DNA of 64,000 bases from Eremomyces bilateralis CBS 781.70 (lineage: Eukaryota), in NCBI GenBank assembly GCA_010015585.1, contig ML975153.1. One strand, written 5' to 3'. Position numbers and translations under genes: made by a program. The notes under the pieces are model-generated. The model saw nothing but the letters and a program-made list of their open reading frames with translations, was not told the DNA's origin and did no database searches. How positions within the stretch are numbered: position 1 is the first letter of the stretch; every line of letters starts with the position of its first letter. Positions 58,127 through 64,000 of the stretch are shown here, piece after piece.

Positions 58127-59464
58127 AAAATCTATCTTTATGCTTGCAAGATCTGACATTCTGACTTAACCAATGGTAGTATTACTAATCAAATACTTTG
58201 TTCCGCCCGTGTTCGTCCCTCTTTTCCCTCCTCAGCTGTCTCCCTGTAGCATCCCGCCCCTGACCAACCCAATGTCATGTCTAACCCTTCATCATATTCC
58301 CTCGATAGAATTGCACAAGGTACTCGGATAGAAGGCGGGCTAGATTTCGCAATATCCAGGAGTGTGCAGCTTGATCCCATCCAGAGATCTGGAAGGCCGC
58401 ATAACGCATCGCGAGTTCTGTCGATCTCCCGAGCCACTGACATAATGCTTTGCATATGGCGCTTTTCATCTAGTTTTGCTTCCGCCAGGCAATGGGAGCA
58501 TAGGACATTACGTATGTTCTAGATGGGATCTGATTATGCTAATACAGAGGTATACATTAGAACGAAAGACTTTGACGGCTTGCTAAACAGCTGCAGAAAG
58601 AGGTATCAATGGGGGATGGGCAGCAATGGCTTGGGTCAAGATCACCATATTGAAGGTGATCTACACCCTTAGTCCTCTCTCTTGTGCTTTCTCCAGAACA
58701 TCTGATCTTACTGTCAAAGACCAAGGCATAGCTGCAACACCAATTTTCTCCCAAAGCAAGTTTTTTTAATTCTGGTGATGGTGTCCCGCACGTGGGACTA
58801 CAGTATCTATCCCAGCCACCCCAGACGGCCCTTCACCCAACCCCCGCATTCCGCCAACCTCGTGAATTCCCAGGATCCTGTCCAAGTTTTTGAGCAACTG
58901 TTAAGTTTTAAAGTCCCTTTAATGCGAAGGAATAAGTACTACCTTACCAACCTATCTTACGGAAATACTTCCTGTTTGCTACGTCACTTCTCCCTTGGTC
59001 ACACTGCCTCTCACACACCTTCATCACAACCAACCCAACACCTCGTTCGCTCTCATGCATACGCACGTCTAATATAGACTCACTTGTCCCACAACCATCT
59101 TCCCTCTTCTCTTCGTTTCTTTCCTCACTCTGCTTCAGCGTCTTCACAAATCCTCCCTCGCTACCCTGTCAAAAATCCTTTAACCACGGTCTGATCCAGC
59201 CTTTGAGCTTGATATTGCCTGGTTCACCAGATCACAGCTTGTGGTGTCACATCCAATCACGCATCTTGCCAAGCAGGTCGCACAAGTAGCAGCTGTGATA
59301 CAAGTTTAGTCGGATGGTTCAGCTGCGCAACCAGCGCATCGCATCGCATTGACATTGCCATATATCGCGCCCAACCACCGCTGGGCATCGCATTCGCCCT
59401 CCGCTCTCCGAAAACCCCACTCCCGATATCTACACCAAGACACAACCACATCACCACCGCCACT

Positions 59465-60148
59465 ATGATCTTCCGCCGCACCCTCTATACCTTCTGGCGC
59501 CTCTCCGAAATCATCACCCTCATCCCCGTCATCGGCATGCTCGCCTGGTTCGTGCACGGCTACGTCGAGAGCAACCAGTTGACCCCGAACTTCATCCTGA
59601 TCCTGTTCATCGTCTCCGTGCTGGCCGGCGCCTGGGCCCTCGTCACTCTCTTCCACGTCGGACACAGCGGTCACTTCATCGGGTTGGTCGACCTGGGCTT
59701 CGTGGGCGCCTTCATTGCAGCCGTCTACGAGATGCGCGCCATAACTGAGGTGAGCTGCTCGAACTTCGAGGCCGGGAAGATCTACATCAATCTTGGGCCG
59801 TTCGGGTACTATGGGCGAGAAGGCGGAAACGAGTGGTCGGTGAACCTCAATAAGAACTGCGCGATGTTGAAGGCCAGCTTTGCGTTTGGGATCATGAATA
59901 CCCTGTTCTTCTTCTTCACAGCGGTAAGTTTCCAATCTATACGGCGGACCTTTTCGCTCGTTCGAAAAGGATTCTCATTTGACTGCGAGCGCTGGCTGAC
60001 TCTGTTGTAGTTCCTGGCATGGTGGATGCACCGCTCTAATGATAAGGAGGTCGTGCGCCACTCCCATCGTGGTTCGTACTCTGGCAGCCCGCGTCGTTCG
60101 CATCATTCGCGTCATAGCCACCGCAGCTCGAGGCGCTATTACGTTTAG
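59465..60148 (+). CDS. Four-TM MARVEL-like membrane protein
   Basis: join(59465..59922,60011..60148). Four hydrophobic segments, DLGFVGAFIAA and CAMLKASFAFGI, then an Arg/His/Ser tail. Confidence 0.8.
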
Positions 60149-61258
60149 AAGGCGTTTCCCAAACATCATATCTGCTTTACGAGGATTTCCGGACGATAAT
60201 GCTCGATTCACGGTTCAACGAGAGACGCCGAATCCAGGCTCGGTTTTGTATCTGTTCATACAGTCTCTTCCATTTCCTGTTGGTTATTTGACGAGGGGGA
60301 CGGACATGACGATCTCAATTCGTAGATTCCCTTGATCGATTTCCCATTGTGGCGGTTCCAACAAAGGAGCCCTGCATCTAATGAGTCACGATGATGATTT
60401 CCTACGCTTTCCAAACTATTTCGAGTTCGTATTGTGTACCGGTAGTGTAGATATCCAATTCATGGCTGGCCAACCGGACTTTTATCTAAACAATGCTAGG
60501 CATGAGCAAATGCTGTAGACCCCACTATTCTATTCTTAGGTAGTACGGCAAGGTAGTCTCGTTGGACAAAGTGAAAAAGGGTTTAACATTTCAGTGGTTG
60601 ATGCGTCTCAAGACGAACCATGGGTCTAGATGAATCGTTCCGTCCCGTACCTATCTGCAAAATCGATGAACCTGCAGCTTCAACCACCAGTGCTTTGTTA
60701 GGCCAAATAAGGCCATATCATTTATCAACCACTGTTCACAATTCACATGTGTGAAATGGCATAACACTCGGACAAGGATAATTTCGGGTGTCAAATGACA
60801 AGCTATTAAATTAATTAGTGGCGGATCCGGACCCCATAAGGCGTAAGCACTCTCTCTGAGCAGGCTGAGAGCCCACCGCCTCCCTGACAGCCGCTTACTT
60901 TTACGACTCTGACTGACCAGGGGACTCCAGCACATGTTGGTTCACCAGGTCGTCCCATCTTGCTCACTGCAACAACCGTCCAAAGGCCGAGCCTGAGGCC
61001 GTTCCACACTCTCGGAGAACATCAAACAGCCACTCGAGTGTATCATATTGTCTTGCCTTATCGCTATGTTGTGAATTGTGATCCAGTTGCCCTGTACCTA
61101 CGGATTGGTCGGTCATTGGTGCGTTGCAGCGCTCCGTCAGCTCCGCCCGTCAGCACGAGGCAGGTTGTTCTCCGCCGTTGTTGTGTTCACAGATTCGACG
61201 CTTGCAAGCAAAATCATCGATTTGGGTGCCTGGTGGCGCAGAAATACTGTGCAAAGCA

Positions 61259-62830
61259 ATGCTCCTCCCATATACCGAAGAGTCACGACGAAGCGCAGTG
61301 GTCTGGGGAGATGATGGGAGGGAATGGCATCGCAGACGAGCAACGCCTGGTCAGCGGAACAAGTCGCTGGTGGTGGTAAGTGGTGATTCCAGCCGGGCGA
61401 TAGGAAGTAAATGTTGAATTGACAATTCCAGGTCCTCGTCATCGGCGTCGTCCTTCTCGCCGTCGCCATCCTTTTATATTTCGTAACTCGCTGGCATCTC
61501 CAACGGAAACGACGAGAAGCATTACCGACATCGCCGACGCAAGCGAAGGCCCCGAGCAAGTTTTCACGGTTCCGGTTACCGCCTCCCCGGTTCCCGACAT
61601 CATGGTCGAGAGGACGGTCGACGCGAGGCGAATATTCCGATCAACTGCAGGAGGATCCGTCAACGGTTTCGCTGGCGAACAATGGACAGGCCGGTGGAAA
61701 TGAGCACGATACGGATGTGGTCGTCACGAATCTCAATCGAGACGGAAGCCAGTCGAGCCACGTGAATCGGAACACGAGCGTTCGCAGCATCATGACCCTG
61801 CCGCCGTATACCCCTTCTGTGAGAGACACCGAACAGGTCATCGCTCGAGAAGGCGAAAGAGGCGGCATGGATACCGTGGTCGAGTTCCCCGAGACTGTCG
61901 ATGACGAGGAACAACGAAGGGAAGAGGAAATGGAGTCACTATGTAAGTCGCTCCCGTTGTCTTTCTTACCCTATCCATCCATTCACTCTTCTCACCTACC
62001 CCCTATCGTCGCATCCTAACCTCTCAGACCAAATCCGCCGCACCCGCCGCCAAGAAAACACCGACCGCGAAGAACGCCGCCGCCTCCGCCGCGAAGCCCG
62101 CGAACGCGGCGACCTCGCCGCCCTCGAAGAGCTCCGCGAATCCACCCGTGCCGCCTCCGAAGCCGTCCACACCAACCCGGAGCACTCCGCCGCGCTTATC
62201 GCCGCACACCAGACCGTCAACCGCGACCGCCGCGTCTCGTCCGTGCAGTATGGCAACATCGGCGTTGTGCAGCACGACGGGTCGCGGCTGCGATCGCACT
62301 CGACGGAATCGGAGCGGCCGCTGCTAGAGGGGGCGGCGGGGATGGATGGGCAGGAGAGGAGCGTGAGTAGGTCGACGTTGACGACGCATCATCGTGGACG
62401 GTCGGCGTCGAGTGTCATGAGCGTGTCGACAAACGCCTCGGACGACGGGTTTCACACGGCGGCAGCGTCGCCGGCGTTGTCGCTGTCACAGCCTTCGCGA
62501 AACGGGAACGGGGAGTCGGAGTTCGAGATGGTGGCGGTGGGGGGGAGGGGATCGTGGCCGTCGCCGATGGCGAGAGCGCGGTCGAATACGGGGACGACGG
62601 CGGAGGGGACGGGAGGGGATGTGGCGGATCAGCGGATTCCCGAACTAGACCCGCCGATGTACGAGGAGGCGTTTGAGGCGGTGCCGTTGGAGGATGCGCC
62701 GCCGTACGAGTCGCCAGTGAGGGTGGGGGCGCCGCAGTTGCCGATGCTGGAGCAGTTGCCGAGCATCACGGTGACGGAGAGTCACTCCCCGGTGACGCCG
62801 CCAATGGGGGGAGACGAACGGAGGTTTTAA
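61259..62830 (+). CDS. Single-pass membrane protein with PPxY/LPxY motifs
   Basis: Three exons. TM segment [48 protein letters not shown]...[13 protein letters not shown] and PPYESP. Confidence 0.75.
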
Positions 62831-63479
62831 AGAGTGGGATATAATACTTGCTCGCAATTTTCTTCACGATCTGTACTGTGCTGTCTGGGCCTTGCGAGGA
62901 GTTTTGGTTTGGACTACACCATATTGGATGGGGCGGGTACGATGGGACGTATGCGCCGGCGTTTGTGTGCATAATAGGTCTATGGACAGGTCCCTTAGTT
63001 GGATCGGTCTATGTTTGGATGGGTTACGCCTTTGTCTCCAACTTCTAAAGGCTGTTTCTAATCCAGCATGGGAGCTATTTAACGCTAAATCTAAGTAATA
63101 TCACTGTATAGACAGCAACATCATGTTGTGGCATCCTGAACACCACTGTAGCACTGAATTTCGCTATTGGCCAATTGTTTACAGAAACCTGCTCGTCCAA
63201 CCCCGTTTTTCCATGAGGCTTAAAGGACTAGTGCAGTGGGCAGTGAAAGCAAGATTGCAATCATGCAACGCAGCCTTGAGAATGTATTAGATGGACTGGA
63301 TGCTAAGCCTCAATGAATCCCACCAGGCGTTCTTGCCTCGATATTTCTCCAGTCCAGGCACTTTTTGGATTTCATAATGTCTATCAAGTGAACCTGTATC
63401 TTTGCAGCAAGCACTACTTACCCATGTTTCTATCTACGAAGCATCGCCGAAGAAGCGCCAAAGAAGCAGGCAAAGCACC

Positions 63480-64000
63480 ATGCGGTTGCTCAACGTATCA
63501 ACACGGAAACTTGAGGAGTTTCAGGGCCCGCGGCCACGGTACGCGATCCTATCACATACCTGGGGCAAAGAGGAGGTAACCTTTGAGGACCTCAAGACCA
63601 GCGACTATACCGAGAAGCTAGGGTACAAGAAGATCGATGGGTGCTGCAAGCAGGCTCAAAAAGCTCGGATCGAATACGTCTGGATCGATACTTGTTGTAT
63701 CAATAAGTCAAGCAGTGCGGAACTATCTGAAGCAATCAACTCCATGTTTGAGTGGTATGCAAGATCGCGGGTCTGCTATATATACCTGAGCGATGTGCCG
63801 CCTGCAAGCCTTGATGAGCACAAAAAGCCCGGCTCTCTGTTTCGGTCGAGTCGATGGTTCACAAGAGGATGGACCCTGCAAGAGTTGCTCGCACCAAAGA
63901 ATCGAATGTTGTTTGATTCAAGCTGGCAGCAAGTCAAGTTTGATATAGAGGACCGCATAAGATACGACGGAAGAGACCTTGGCTACGGCTCCAGGTACCT
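63480..64000 (+). CDS. HET-domain (HET-E-1-like) protein, 5' part; runs off the window end
   Basis: Not in the ORF track. MRLLNVSTRKLEEFQGPRPRYAILSHTWGKEEVTF...YVWIDTCCINKSSSAELSEAINSMFEWY...SRWFTRGWTLQELLAP; the frame stays open to the window edge. Confidence 0.92.
   Translation, partial: MRLLNVSTRKLEEFQGPRPRYAILSHTWGKEEVTFEDLKTSDYTEKLGYKKIDGCCKQAQKARIEYVWIDTCCINKSSSAELSEAINSMFEWYARSRVCYIYLSDVPPASLDEHKKPGSLFRSSRWFTRGWTLQELLAPKNRMLFDSSWQQVKFDIEDRIRYDGRDLGYGSRY

Overview
This is filamentous ascomycete (Pezizomycotina-type) genomic DNA, with short GT-AG introns and CTRAC branch sites. The housekeeping genes are: a secreted FAD oxidoreductase (cut by the window edge), a PlsB/GNPAT-like acyltransferase, an AA5_2 galactose-oxidase-like enzyme with three CBM32 modules, peroxisomal Lon, Egt1, Iml1, tRNA-Val(TAC), MEMO1, an Srs2/UvrD helicase, an ER FKBP, a cytochrome b5-domain protein, Nbs1, several conserved hypothetical proteins and two HET-domain genes. 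Transposon debris is interspersed: a gypsy integrase relic, solo LTRs with target-site duplications, and an internally deleted Tc1/mariner element. The standout is a ~4.25-kb, apparently intact CryptonF-like tyrosine-recombinase element at 33658-37908. It is bounded by a CCAGTTA direct repeat whose predicted circle junction forms an att-like inverted repeat. It carries a convergent second gene missing from the ORF track (a DUF3716-like Cys-rich protein). It is also saturated with the palindrome CGTACG: 26 copies counted by eye in 3.8 kb, in all three reading frames, against about 1 expected. Two diverged pseudogene copies of an unrecognised protein family lie 53 kb apart. All family names come from motif recognition; no database searches were run.
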